A stretch of 64,000 nucleotides of DNA, taken from NCBI GenBank assembly GCA_964016885.1, contig OZ024742.1, positions 107,880,001-107,944,000 on the forward strand, written 5' to 3'. This DNA comes from Eledone cirrhosa. Its lineage: Eukaryota. The position numbers and the translations under genes were made by a program. Under the pieces are notes generated by a model. It worked only from the letters and a program-made list of their open reading frames with translations. It did not search any database and had not been told where the DNA came from. The first letter of the stretch is position 1. Every line of letters starts with the position of its first letter. Below, one piece after another: positions 18,936-34,311 of the stretch.

Positions 18936-19376
18936 GGTGGTAGTGGTAAAAACTCTCAGGAGAGTTGGACAGCTGAAGTTCTTCAGAGAAGAGCCCTCCC
19001 CTCCCCATCAAGAGCTTCGGCGCCTATATATAAATAAATATAGTATGGGTAACTGTAACAATGGTCATTCCATAGCTGATACTATCTGACGGCCGCAATT
19101 CTTGGCAGATGTAGCAACGTGAAATAAACCATTTTGCTCGAGTAGCACGCGTGATACGGCATGGTAATCGAACCCAGGATATTATTAATGTGAATTCCAC
19201 CCCCTAAATCCCTAGTCCACGTGTCTTCACTGACCCATAGATGTAGGTAATTTTAAAGTTGACAGCATAAGAACATAAATATAAAAATGGAATAATGGAA
19301 TATATTTACAACTGTCTCCGTTGTTCTTCTAATCACATAAAAAAGTAAGTATACATTGAAAAATATATCACAATAC

Positions 19377-19572
19377 CTTTGAATGGTGTTATTAAGTATA
19401 TTATCCAGGTAATGTCCCCACACCTTGCCTCCAGCAGCAGCAGCTATCATGTAATCCAATAAAATATTCCATCCTACCACAAAACCACAGAGTTCACCGA
19501 CTGTCACGTAGCTGTAGAAATATGCAGCTCCTGACCGTGGAAGTCGAGCCGAGAATTCACTGTAACACAGAC
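19377..19572 (-). CDS. Next coding exon of the same SLC7A/CAT-like transporter (TM3 region)
   Basis: Translates (G)[64 protein letters not shown], matching CAT [37 protein letters not shown]. Acceptor tttcag, donor gtattg. Its phase-1 start joins the 32721 donor in frame. Confidence 0.94.
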
Positions 19573-20865
19573 CTGAAATTACGAATAGATTTACGAAATT
19601 ATATCCAAAATACACCATCTTGATATGTATATAAATATATATTTGTTCTTCAAATTGTTATAGTTATATTACAGTTCATATTTCATATTAAACGTTCTTT
19701 CTCTTACTCTACTTTGATAAATGGTTTAACATGATATATTTTTTATTTTCTTTCAATTCGTTGAAATATTTTTTTTATTGTTCACACATTATTTATAATT
19801 TTATGCATATTTTGTCCACCACGTACCTTCTTTTATCTTTCACTCTTTGCTTATCTTATTTTAAAGTCTGACGTGGTTTAATCATAAGTTCCTTCGATTG
19901 ATTTTACCTATACATACATGCGATTTATAAGTAATCTTAATACCTTCAGTCATTAGACCACGGCCATACACATCACCTTGATTTAGTCGATCACATCGTC
20001 CCCGGTATTTAATTTTCTCAAGACAGGTTATATTTTATCTATCTCATTTCTGTCAAACAGCTAAGTTACGGGTAACAGATGCAAACATATATATGGACAC
20101 ACACATGTAGCTTTCTACCCGGTGTTTTAAACATTTCGTAACCATATTTCTAATAAAATGTACTACCTATGGTTTTTAAATCATTTTAAAAATAACAATT
20201 ATTAAGCTGGCGTCGAACTTGACAAAGATTCTTATATAAAACATTGACGGATGATTTTTTTTAGATACATATAGGAACTATAGGGACTTAGAAACAGTTT
20301 TATATTGTAGAACCAGTGACGGCATCAGGTGGTTTTGTGTGAAATAGGTTAATGATTTTAGGTCTGTGGTTAATATGGCTAAAGTATCAGTCATCACTGA
20401 ATTGGGAAATAGCACTTAGTTTAATAATCGTTATAAGCTTAAATATGCATTTTACTCCTATAAGAACGGTTAATTTTATATACTGCTTTTGATGCCGTAT
20501 AGGACCCCCGTACATATAGAACCCATCCATGGACATATAAAGTCCCCAGACATATAAGACCACCAGATATAAATAATTACCAGGCATATAAGATGATCCT
20601 TCCCCATTTCAGTAGGGAAAAAACTCCAAACATTAGCCTACTAGATATTTCAAATTCACATATATTTATTTCTGAGGCATAATTCATATATGCCATGACA
20701 TACAGTAGCTGCATATATTAAGTTCTCTGATACATTAGAACCCTGGAATTAATGTCTTCCTTTCATCAATACTATAATTTCTGCTTTAAAGTCCCGTTCT
20801 CACTATCGTTTTTATTTCCTCTCTAGAAATTTAGTAACATACCAGTAAACATACTCTACATGCAA

Positions 20866-21010
20866 GTAAGGCGGCAAATTATCAGGGTCATTAAGGTGTC
20901 AAATTAAGTACTTGGATAATTGTTCTGGATCACTGCAATCTGAATTTTAATCCTGCCGAAGTCGACCTTACCTTTCATCCTTTCGAAATCGATAAATAAA
21001 TTACTTGCCC
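20866..21010 (+). mobile_element. Decayed Nin-domain SINE
   Basis: tcctgccgaagtcgaccttacctttcatcctttcgaaatcgataaa. Confidence 0.6.
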
Positions 21011-22994
21011 GGAGTCGAGGAATTGACGGAATTGTTAAATAATTGGACAGGATGCTTTGCGGTATTTAAAATTTTATAAACAACATACCAGCAGCCATAC
21101 TCTATATAGTAATGAACTGCATCAATCATTTTAACATTGTTTAGTGCTTACTCACATTCGAGAGTCTGTGAAGTAACTACATAGACGTTGACGTTGACAA
21201 CCACAAACATTAGATGACGATGGAAATGGTCATGAGAATATTGTCGTGCTAGGATTGCTGCTATAAATAGTTACCTCTTCAACTAGCAATTTTGCCATTC
21301 TGATAAGAATATAGAATCTCGTGTTGATTTAGAGAATGAAAAGGGCTGTAATCTACAATTAGACACAAGTTCCATTCTCAACACAATAAATTACAGATAT
21401 AAACACAACAGCCACAAGGGATTTGTCGTTACGATCAATACAATAATCACACAAATACAAATATCAACAAATAAAATAAAATAAGACTGTGGAAATATGA
21501 CAGCTAAGCTCCTGGGAAACAGCAAATCAAGATTTTATTGTCGGAAAAAAAGTATTTACTCATGTCACTTCACGAAAGAACGGTGGATTATAAATAATTG
21601 CATTTCTTCCAATGGAAGAAAGCTTTGGTGCTAGAGAAACAATATAATTTTTAGAAATATATGGATTACACACACAGGCCCACACAAACGCACACACACG
21701 CATGCACATACACACGCACACGCACACGCACATGCACACGCGCAGCACAGCACAGGAAACTAAGTAGAACCGAAGGTGGGGAAAATGGGCTTAAGGAATT
21801 AATAGTTATAAATATTTCTATGGAATAATTCCTTCGAATACGAAAATAAAATATTATAGAACAATATATTTCAATTTACACTTCATAATCAATTTCAACA
21901 TTTTCGAAATTAAAGTATTGTTACAGACCTTAACACATATATAGCTTAAAATGTATTCCATTAATCAGGTTGGAAACTTTAGAAATAAAATAATTTGCTA
22001 TTCTCAAAATCTGAAATAATATCCTTTACTTTCTCTGTTTATATAAATCCCAGTTTTAAACTGAAAGCATAGTGGGACCGTTCTTAAGAGATATTTTCGG
22101 TTATATTTAGTTGTTGTTTTTGATTAAATGGAATTTTACTGTTTTAAAGTGTGAAACATTATAAACATTCGTATAACGTTCATTTTCTTGATCAAAGCCA
22201 ACGAAATGTTTACACCGTGAAGGTATACATATAGCTATAGTTTTTGTAAGTTTATATTTCGCTAGCAATATTTTCTTATTTGTAAAAATTCACCCCATAC
22301 CCAAAGTACCTTCTATGGATTCTTCTTTCACTGAAAAAGCAAAATGCGATTGTTGGTATGAATGGATTAACTGTACAATAACACTTAATACAAAACATAT
22401 ACAGAAAACAATAGATTTATAACATTAATGTGGGAGAATTTCGTTATGTTTGGTCAAGTTATAAAAAGAAAATGAATTTATGTAATCGTTCACATTTAAA
22501 AGGTCCGCTCTGTGTATTGATTTCATTGTGACACGGAACAACACCTTCGTTAAAAAAGAGGAGTAAAAAAGGTTAAACATAATAAGCTTAGAGAATTAAT
22601 ATTATTTTAAATAGTGATACCAAGGACAAATCAATCGAGAATATTAACCCTCACCTGAGCGTATTTCTAATGAAATACATTCTAATTCAATTAATTAATG
22701 AAGAATATTGAGGGATGTACTAAATTAGTAATTATTTCTTTACTAAAATAGTAGCTTAACTTATGTTGGTTTTTAAATATAAAAATTATACTCGAATAAT
22801 TTATTTTAAATAGGAGTCCTTTAAAATGGGTTGTTTTGTTTAATAGAACTAGTGCCTGATTTGGCCGGTTTTGTGTCAAAAGAGTTCACTTGTTCAAAGA
22901 CGCCTCTAACATATTTACTCTGATTAAACTGATTAAACATTGCGACTGCAAACCTAAAATATATTTAGTTTCCTTGTCCTGATATTACTTCGTA

Positions 22995-23332
22995 ATAAGA
23001 AGCCTTCCTTCACACCTAAGAGAGACGTTCAAGGTTGAGCCGCTACTTCTCCGAATTGAGAGATCATAGCTCCGATACTATGGGCATATAGTTAGAATGT
23101 TTCAGAAAAGAATCGCTGAACAGATTTTACGGGCAAAACGAACCGGCAGGAGACCTAAGGGCATACGCCAAGCAAGATGGTTGGATAACATCCATGAGTT
23201 TGGCTAGTCTCGCTTAGGGGATCCAGCCGGATCAGTGGGAGACGATTGGACCTGCTGGAAAAAGCGTTTGAATATTCTGTCCGCACGACCCCCCGCCCCC
23301 AGGAATAAGTTGGCGAAAAAGAAGAAGAACTC
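22995..23332 (+). mobile_element. RTE-clade LINE 3' fragment
   Basis: Translates ~VEPLLLRIERS*LRYYGHIVRMFQKRIAEQILRAKRTGRRPKGIRQARWLDNI, the RTE LRWYGHV.RM...G.R.RGRP..RW motif. Ends in (aag)n. Confidence 0.8.
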
Positions 23333-23408
23333 CTGATATGAGGTAGAAAATAAATTTAGTAACCCATAGACACGCCGCTCTTCCATTACATTATACGGTT
23401 ATCTATCA

Positions 23409-23478
<70 letters not shown>

Positions 23479-23644
23479 CAAAATGGCTCACTAAACACAC
23501 ACGTGTTTTCCTTCTGTAAACATGTATTTGTTTCGTTTCCTTTCTTAAATTTGTCTCCTATTTCTTCTTTTGTCTCTTATTCTGTTTTCCTGTGAGATTA
23601 AGCGTTAGACTAATATATAACATCTCTGTACTGTATATATATAT

Positions 23645-23859
<215 letters not shown>

Positions 23860-24075
23860 AATATACATATATATATATATATACACACACACATATATAT
23901 ATATGTATATAAAATATGTAGTTTAGAAAGCCACAACAATGCAGATGGGAAATCTCGAGGTAAGAAGAGAGTGAGAAATAGGAGAAAAGTGAAAATTGAG
24001 AGAAACGAAAAAGGAAAACAAAACAAAGGTACATATTTTACATATTTCACAATGCTTCAAGCAAACTTTAACACC

Positions 24076-25246
<1,171 letters not shown>

Positions 25247-25444
25247 CGGGTGAAACATATCTTTGGATTTGTACGTGTGTTATATAGTTATAGAGGTATT
25301 TATTTACGCTTTAATTTATATTTTTAATTATCGTGTCTATAGTCTGCCTTTCATCGGTTATAGATTCCATAAACTGGTGGTTTTGCTCCTGTTTTATTGA
25401 TAACGCACTGTATATCGATCTCTGGTGTGTTACCTTTTCAACAT

Positions 25445-25536
<92 letters not shown>

Positions 25537-25547
25537 TATATATATAT

Positions 25548-25593
<46 letters not shown>

Positions 25594-25595
<2 letters not shown>

Positions 25596-26164
25596 GGTGG
25601 CTGCCTACTCGTTTTCGAGTACGGCCACTACTCCATATCCATGTAGGAGAACCCCTACCGATGCGCTGACCGAGTGTGACTTTTTAGTCCAGCCAGCGAC
25701 TTGAAAACTCTGGTACAAATACTACACATGTGACAATTATTGATACATAGTGCTGGGCCCATGGTACCATGTGACGACAAGTGCAGAGAGATCTCCAGAT
25801 ATAAAGCAATGCCTGTGTCGTGAAGCTTTTATAGTGAGGAAAGGCACTGCACAAAGCCAGTACCACTCTCTTAACCAAGATGATATTTACCAAAAAGAAG
25901 AACAAGTTAACATCATTGGATACCATCAGGGTTTCAGGTGTTATATCAGAGTTTTCCTTCTCCTAGAATTCTACCTTGACAAAGGCTAAGGGGTCATCTC
26001 TCCCGTTAATTTTGGATGGCCATTGACTCTTAAGAGCTCCTTTACCCTTTGACAGGTTTTATTTTTAGTCCTGCAGGATGTCCAAAGTCACCCTCCTCAC
26101 CAAGAAACCTTGGTGGGGTTGCCAGTTTAGTCGCCAACGACCCAACCATGGGACAGGTTGTACT
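25594..26164 (-). mobile_element. Non-autonomous RTE-derived element copy
   Basis: Highly similar to 7795-8404 by eye; flanked by (TA)n. Confidence 0.78.
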
Positions 26165-26169
26165 GATAC

Positions 26170-26337
<168 letters not shown>

Positions 26338-27126
26338 ATACTCTGGTGGTTGTTATATGTAACAGTGTACAGAAAATATCAACTGAATGAGAGCTTAATA
26401 CAATTTATGAGAGCCGAGCGTATTTTCTGCAGGGTGTCCCCAGCGAATTCGCAATCATCGAATTGCTTCGCGCGTGCATGCGTGTGTACGTTTGTGAGAG
26501 TGCGTATGTGTGTTTGTATGTTATTATGTGCGTATGTTTGTTTGTATGTTATTATGTGCGTGTGTGGATTTGTACGCATGCGCGTCTAACTTTTATTCTT
26601 GTACATTACGGTTGAGTGAAATTGAAATTTGTGACAAGAATGGCTACATACATATTAGTTGTTTTAAAATAATATTTTAAAGCGATGAATCGTATCCGAT
26701 TCCCTGCTTCGAATATCTGACAGTATATTTTGTTATATCACAAGAAAATGGAGGGACAGAGAGAACTTATAACGGTTCACTGACTCCTGTTTCTCCGAGT
26801 ATATTCTAGAATTAGGAATGTGTATTTTGATTTATTACAAGAGAAGAAAAAAACAGAGAGATAGAGGAGTTATAACGTGTTGGATGTCTTATATAAAGTA
26901 AACTAAAATAAAATTGAATATTTTCGTAGGTAGAGATAATGTGTGAAACAAAATTCATTGCAGCAGATTTTAAATTTATATACGTGCTGGGGAGAATCTC
27001 AAATAAATATTCCCCTTTTTCCTTTCAATATACTGCTTAATATTAAGTTATTATTATTCCAACATAATCTTGTTCTTCATAATACTCTTTGTTTTCATTT
27101 GTTTCTTTCTCTTATAAGACCCCCTT

Positions 27127-27176
<50 letters not shown>

Positions 27177-27179
<3 letters not shown>

Positions 27180-27364
27180 CGAAGGAAATGTGGTAAGGAA
27201 CCAGGTGGACCATAACGCACCAAAGTACTCAATACTTGAGGTAGTAGAGTGGGTAATAGGAACCAGTAAGACCCCGACAGCTGAGCTCAAGCCGTTTCGA
27301 CGGCTAATTCGAGAATTAGCCGTCGAAACGGCTTGAGCTCAGCTGTCGGGGTCTTACTGGTTCC
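27177..27364 (-). repeat. Family A copy with perfect 52-bp palindrome
   Basis: Arms 27259-27310 and 27313-27364 around a 2-nt centre. The family A tail is reversed at 27177-27258. Confidence 0.85.
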
Positions 27365-27507
27365 GCCTCCGTGGTATTTTCTTCGTGGTTATAAGAGGCT
27401 TAGCTCTGTTTCTCGACCGTTATATCGCGTGACTATCTCCCCCTCCGCCTTTTGGGATTCTTTCTCACGTCGTGTAGACGCGTTCTTGAGACTAGTAAAA
27501 TGAGGTA

Positions 27508-27595
27508 TCCTCTTGATAAGTTGGCAGACCTCGCAAGGACTCTATATCTTTGATATATTGTTTTTGTTTATGCCACGAAACTACGTAGTCGAGGA
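27508..27595 (+). ncRNA. Type-I hammerhead ribozyme, U3-A8 core variant
   Basis: tcctc-TTGATAA-gttggca...tgccac-GAAA-ctacgtag-TC-gagga. Stem I tcctc/gagga, palindromic stem III, GUC triplet ending at 27590. Confidence 0.75.
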
Positions 27596-28099
27596 ATTTA
27601 GGAGCAGTTTAGGTATGATACATTTTATTACTAATTATATCTAAATGTTTCTTATCTCTTCATAATGTATTTTTAACTCTGATACTGGTTCAGTCTGGTT
27701 CAAACTGAATTGGTCTGTCCCAGTCATTCATTGAGCAACATCGGTGAAGTTGGCACCCTTAACTCACAGTTGGGTGCGGATGCATTCATGTATATATGTG
27801 TGTGTCCGCATGTATCTGTGTGTTTCTAAATATATTAATAACTCCCTCTGGTCGAGCAATCTTTGAAGTGTGGGGACAACTGGAAAGCTTCCATTACTCA
27901 TACTTCTCGCCTTCTTCACTACCTCTTCTGCGGCCTCGATATGAATACCCCCCTCCGCCTCCGTGGTATTTTCTTCGTGGTTATAAGAGGCTTAGCTCTG
28001 TTTCTCGACCGTTATATCGCGTGACTATCTCCCCCTCCGCCTTTTGGGATTCTTTCTCACGTCGTGTAGACGCGTTCTTGAGACTAGTAAAATAAGGTA

Positions 28100-28187
28100 T
28101 CCTCTTGATAAGTTGGCAGACCTCGCAAGGACTCTATATCTTTGATATATTGTTTTTGTTTATGCCACGAAACTACGTAGTCGAGGA
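28100..28187 (+). ncRNA. Type-I hammerhead ribozyme, U3-A8 core variant (second unit)
   Basis: Same fold as 27508; GUC ends at 28182. Confidence 0.75.
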
Positions 28188-28308
28188 ATTTAGGAGCAGT
28201 TTAGGTATGATACATTTTATTACTAATTATATCTAAATGTTTCTTATCTCTTCATAATGTATATATATATATATACACACATATATATATATATACATAT
28301 ATACACAC

Positions 28309-28339
<31 letters not shown>

Positions 28340-28398
28340 CATATATATATATACATATATATATACATATATATATATACATATATATATATATACAC

Positions 28399-28429
<31 letters not shown>

Positions 28430-28469
28430 CACATATATATATATATATACACATATATATATATGCACA

Positions 28470-28501
<32 letters not shown>

Positions 28502-28617
28502 CATATATATATATATAAAACATGAGAAGAAAGAAGAATACTGCGTGGTTGCACATGGGTTACATATGATAAAAATAGTACATATATATATATATACATT
28601 TATATATATACATATAT

Positions 28618-29580
28618 CGAGTTTATATAATTATTACATAATTATTGGAAAACTCAAAATACGGACGAAACCATGGTAGAGGTATTTAAATGTATTCTAT
28701 TTTCTCCTAGTTTATTTTACTCCTAATTCTGTTTAGTTGACTATATCTGGGCGATTACGCTGTCGAAATATTCGATAAATATTCCGCTACGACCGACGCG
28801 AAGCGATAGTTTCGGTTATTTGCCTGGTCTATTCGATTTTTTATATGGTTAATTATGCTAATTGGGAGAGGAAATAGTATATATTTAACTTGTGATTCTA
28901 TAGACATGTTTTATGATATATAGCTCTGATTGTTTAATTTATTAATTTTTCATTGAGCCATAAAGTGACCAGTTGCAAAACACGTATATGTATATGTATG
29001 TATATATATATGTAAACTTTTATATGTAATAATCTCCCATTAGGTTGAGATACAAATTTGGCTGTATTGTGCTGTGCTTTCTAGCAAAAATGCCACCAGT
29101 CGTAAGCAACTACCACACCCCTTCCAACCTGACCGCGACTACGTCACGATTTTTAGCCATTTTGAAATGAATTTCTTGGCGCGATCACTTTGGAAAATTT
29201 AGTGTCTAGGTAAGAGCGAGCTTCGTGATGAATCCGGCGCTCGAGTTTATATAATTATTACATAATTATTGGAAAACTCAAAATACGGACGAAACCATGG
29301 TAGAGGTATTTAAATGTATTCTATTTTCTCCTAGTTTATTTTACTCCTAATTCTGTTTAGTTCACTATATCTGGGCGATTACGCTGTCGAAATATTCGAT
29401 AAATATTCCGCTACGGCCGACGCGAAGCGCTAGTTTCGGTTATTTGTCGGAGATTTCTTCATAGAAGCCTCATTCGTATAGCCTGGTCTATTCGATTTTT
29501 TATATGGTTAATTATGTTAATTGTGAGAGGAAATAGTATATATTTTATCTTGTGATTCTATAGACATGTTTTATGACATA
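28618..29580 (+). repeat. Family D direct repeat (~620-bp period)
   Basis: gagtttatataattattacataattattggaaaactc...ttctatagacatgttttatga occurs at 28619-28917 and at 29243-29577; the second copy has a ~35-nt insertion. Confidence 0.85.
29221..29306 (+). ncRNA. Type-I hammerhead fold with long stem II, C3G mutated
   Basis: cttc-GTGATGA-atccg..gagttt..aaactc..cggac-GAAA-ccatgg-TA-gagg. Confidence 0.6.
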
Positions 29581-29586
29581 TATATA

Positions 29587-29644
<58 letters not shown>

Positions 29645-29645
<1 letters not shown>

Positions 29646-29758
29646 GTTGTAATAAAATGAAAACGAAATTTCATTTCTCACTCTTAGTACGGCACTTACT
29701 TAAATGTAAGTATGTATGTATACGTACATACATATATGTATACAGACGTACAGTAGCA

Positions 29759-29824
<66 letters not shown>

Positions 29825-30259
29825 TACATACAGGTACACATACATATATGTACGCATCAGTTTAGCAGACGCTTATTATAGCACCCGCTTTGTTCGTTTG
29901 TAAACAAACTGAACAGCCTGAATTTATGCCGCACGGTGTTAAGGCAACCACGTCACCTTTTTGTTCAACACTGACACAGGAACGATGTACTAGTTTCAAG
30001 CTTGTTAGCTATCATCAGCACCGTATACCCATCTGCCAGATAGTTGAACGTTCGAAAGTATATACTTTCCTTATGAAAATTAACGGCTGAGCAGCCTAAT
30101 TTGCATATCGAGTGAGTTAAATCGGTCAGGCGCACCGAAACGATGAGTTGTAATAAAATGAAAACTAAATTTCATTTCTCACTCTTAGTACGGCACTTAC
30201 TTAAATGTAAGTATGTATGTATACGTACATACATATATGTATACAGACGTACAGTAGCA

Positions 30260-30305
<46 letters not shown>

Positions 30306-30740
30306 TACATACAGGTACACATACATATATGTACGCATCAGTTTAGCAGACGCTTATTATAGCACCCGCTGTGTTCGTTTGTAAACAAACTGAACAGCCT
30401 GAATTTATGCCGCACGGTGTTAAGGCAACCACGTCACCTTTTTGTTCAACACTGACACAGGAACGATGTACTAGTTTCAAGCTTGTTAGCTATCATCAGC
30501 ACCGTATACCCATCTGCCAGATAGTTGAACGTTCGAAAGTATATACTTTCCTTATGAAAATTAACGGCTGAGCAGCCTAATTTGCATATCGAGTGAGTTA
30601 AATCGGTCAGGCGCACCGAAACGATGAGCTGTAATAAAATGAAAACTAAATTTCATTTCTCACTCTTAGTACGGCACTTACTTAAATGTAAGTATGTATG
30701 TATACGTACATACATATATGTATACAGACGTACAGTAGCA

Positions 30741-30806
<66 letters not shown>

Positions 30807-31126
30807 TACATACAGGTACACATACATATATGTACGCATCAGTTTAGCAGACGCTTATTATAGCACCCGCTGTGTTCGTTTGTAAACAAACTGAACAGCC
30901 TGAATTTATGCCGCACGGTGTTAAGGCAACCACGTCACCTTTTTGTTCAACACTGACACAGGAACGATGTACTAGTTTCAAGCTTGTTAGCTATCATCAG
31001 CACCGTATACCCATCTGCCAGACATAAATTCAGGCTGTTCAGTTTGTTTACAAACGAACAAAGCGGGTGCTATAATAAGCGTCTGCTAAACTGATGCGTA
31101 CATATATGTATGTGTACCTGTATGTA

Positions 31127-31194
<68 letters not shown>

Positions 31195-31244
31195 TGCTAC
31201 TGTACGTCTGTATACATATATGTATGTACGTATACATACATACT

Positions 31245-31250
<6 letters not shown>
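29645..31250 (+). repeat. Family C tandem array (~2.8 units of 481-501 bp) followed by an inverted partial copy
   Basis: Unit starts at ~29645, ~30146 and ~30627. 31024-31250 is the reverse complement of ~30685-30911. Confidence 0.88.
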
Positions 31251-31323
<73 letters not shown>

Positions 31324-31324
31324 T

Positions 31325-31441
<117 letters not shown>

Positions 31442-31532
31442 TATTTTTATCATATGTAACCCATGTGCAACCACGCAGTAAACACACACACACATATATA
31501 TATCTTTATATACATAATACATACATACATAC

Positions 31533-31866
<334 letters not shown>

Positions 31867-31928
31867 TGTGTGTGTGTGTGTATTTGTGTTTATGTCTATG
31901 TGAGCCTGTACATTTCTCTCTCCATATA

Positions 31929-32015
<87 letters not shown>

Positions 32016-32149
32016 GGCGATTCTTGTTGAAATAACCTCAAATTTTCACAGAATGTATAGAAACAGATCAAGATTTTATATTTAATGTTTTATATTTTTC
32101 TCTTTTCAGGTTGAGAAATGCCGTTCACTTCCAAAGAAAAGTCATTTTG

Positions 32150-32593
32150 CGTCTCATTTTTTCCGTTTATCGTTTTCGGTACCCTGGCCGATTAACTCAC
32201 TCGATATGCAAATTAGGCTGCTCAGCCGTTAATATGCATAAGGAAAGTATATACTTTGAGACGTTCAATCATCTGGCAGGAAGGTATACGTTGCTGACGA
32301 TAGCTAATAAGCTTGAAACTAGTACAGCGTTCCTTTGTCAGTGTTGAACAAATGAGCAACGATGGTTGCTAGACACTGTACGGCTTAATTCGGGATGTTT
32401 GTTTACAAACAAACCGAGCATTATAATAAATGTTCGGTGAATCCATACGTACATATATATATGTGTGCATGTATGTATATATATATACATACTACTGTAC
32501 GTCTGTATACATATATGTATGTACGTATACATACTTATATTTAAGTAACAGCCGTACTAAGAGTGAGAAAGGAAATTTCGTTTCATTTTTTCC

Positions 32594-32595
<2 letters not shown>
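32150..32595 (-). repeat. Diverged inverted family C copy
   Basis: taactcactcgatatgcaaattaggctgctcagccgttaa...taagagtgagaaaggaaatttcgtttcattt. Confidence 0.8.
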
Positions 32596-32671
<76 letters not shown>

Positions 32672-32720
32672 GTGTGTGTGCGTGTGTGCGTGTAGGGGGT
32701 GTATGATGCATTGTACTCAC

Positions 32721-32840
32721 CAGATAAAAGAGCAGCAACACCAGCAATAAGTACAGATATCACCACGGATGGTCCGGCTTGATGATGAGCCACGTGACAT
32801 ATGATCACGTAAATACCAATACCCAGCGTGCTCCCAACAC
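32721..32840 (-). CDS. Coding exon of a cationic amino acid transporter (SLC7A1-4/CAT-like, APC superfamily), TM1-TM2 region
   Basis: Translates (G)VGSTLGIGIYVIICHVAHHQAGPSVVISVLIAGVAALLS(G), matching the CAT motif GVGSTLGAGVYV...AGPAVVISFLIA. Acceptor ctttttgcag, donor gtgagt, 120 nt, phase 1-1. Confidence 0.93.
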
Positions 32841-33984
32841 CTGCAAAAAGATAAATAACAGTTTGAATACTCTTGAACAATCTATAGTTCAACTAAACTA
32901 AGACCGATGTAATCGAATTTCCTCTTCCCCCAAATTGCTGGCTTTCTGCCAATGCTAGAAAGAATTACTATTTCCAAATTCTTCCTTAATTTCAAAATTA
33001 TTTAAAAATCACAAGCAATGTCTTTCGTTAAAAACATGGTAATGATAGGGATAAAGAGTTTATAGTTAACTAAAAAATCTCCCATCATATTTTTATGTCG
33101 GAACCTTTATGTTCCAAACACCAGCTTAATAATGAGAAAGTTGATTTTTTAAAATATATTTGAAATAATTCATTAGAACTATATTAAAGAAAAACGTTAA
33201 AGTAATCTCAATTCGCAGAAGAAAATACATGAAATCTCTTTCTTTCTCTTTCTCCATTCATATTTTCTTCTGATTTGTTTTTTCTTTTAAATCCATTTAA
33301 AAAAAAAAGAAAAAATAATACCACAAATTCTGAAATATGTTGCTGCTTTTCAGAACTCCTGTTCTGGCACTACAATCTTATCTACCGAATGAAATTGAAA
33401 GTATAATCTCAATCTTTAACATAATGAATCAAGTTCGACAGTTATACTTTAAACAACCTTAGCTACGGAACGAAATCGAAGATATAACCTAATCGAAATG
33501 TTTAACATGATAAAATAAATGCTATAGATTTAACAAACTTGACTATGCAACATAAACGAAAGCATTATAGAATTATTTAATATACTGAAACAATGTTATA
33601 TAGATCGATAAATGCATGCATCAAAATAGAAACATGTACATTTATAATACGTAAAATTCCCACGAGTCTCGTAAATATAAATTAAACGCCTAATCTGTTA
33701 TATCTATGATTTTATTTCAGTTTTAAATAACTTTTCTTCGAATTATGCTTTTCCACAAATATTAACTAAATATACTGACATGCAACCCTCCCCCCTCTCA
33801 CACACACATACAGAAGCTCCGCCACACACAAACTCGCGCAAACACACTTGTACACACGCTGGCACATACAACTCTATCTTAATATTCCAACTCGATTTTG
33901 AATTGGCATTTTCAGTCTGTTAACCTAACATAACAATCCTGTATTTATCATTCTATTATTTGTCGCCGCCGCCTTACTTCTTCA

Positions 33985-34260
33985 TGTAGGAAGGCACGTC
34001 GCTTAGTGATAAATGTATTCGGGTCACGATAGTAAAGTCGTGAGTTCGATTCCTGGACCGGGTGGTGCGTTGTGTTCTTGAGCCAGACACTTTATTTCAC
34101 ATTGTTCCAGTCCATTTAGCACGATAAAAGTGTTGTGTCTGTAACATCCTTGTTACACTGACTGTCCTTGAGAATTACGTTAGGTTTACATGTAACTATG
34201 GAATGACCCCGCCAAATGCTCTCTAATTTCATGAGCATATCCTTATGTTGATCGATGTAT
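33985..34260 (+). mobile_element. tRNA-derived SINE with CORE/Meta-like body
   Basis: A-box-like gcttagtg, B-box gagttcgattcc, then ttgtgttcttgagccagacactttatttcacattgttccagtcc. Confidence 0.7.
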
Positions 34261-34311
34261 AATTCAGAATGGTACTCCGAGGGGGATCGGATATATATAT
34301 ATATATATATA

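Larger units (their letters stand above)
27362..28260 (+). mobile_element. Family B tandem array (592-bp unit) with one hammerhead per unit; retrozyme-like or PLE-pLTR-like
   Basis: The sequence repeats with period 592 and has no meaningful ORF. HHR folds at 27508 and 28100. Confidence 0.8.

Noticed and set aside
33985-34060. tRNA gene-like A/B boxes (also at 17290 and 54380)
   Set aside because: No cloverleaf; they continue into SINE bodies.
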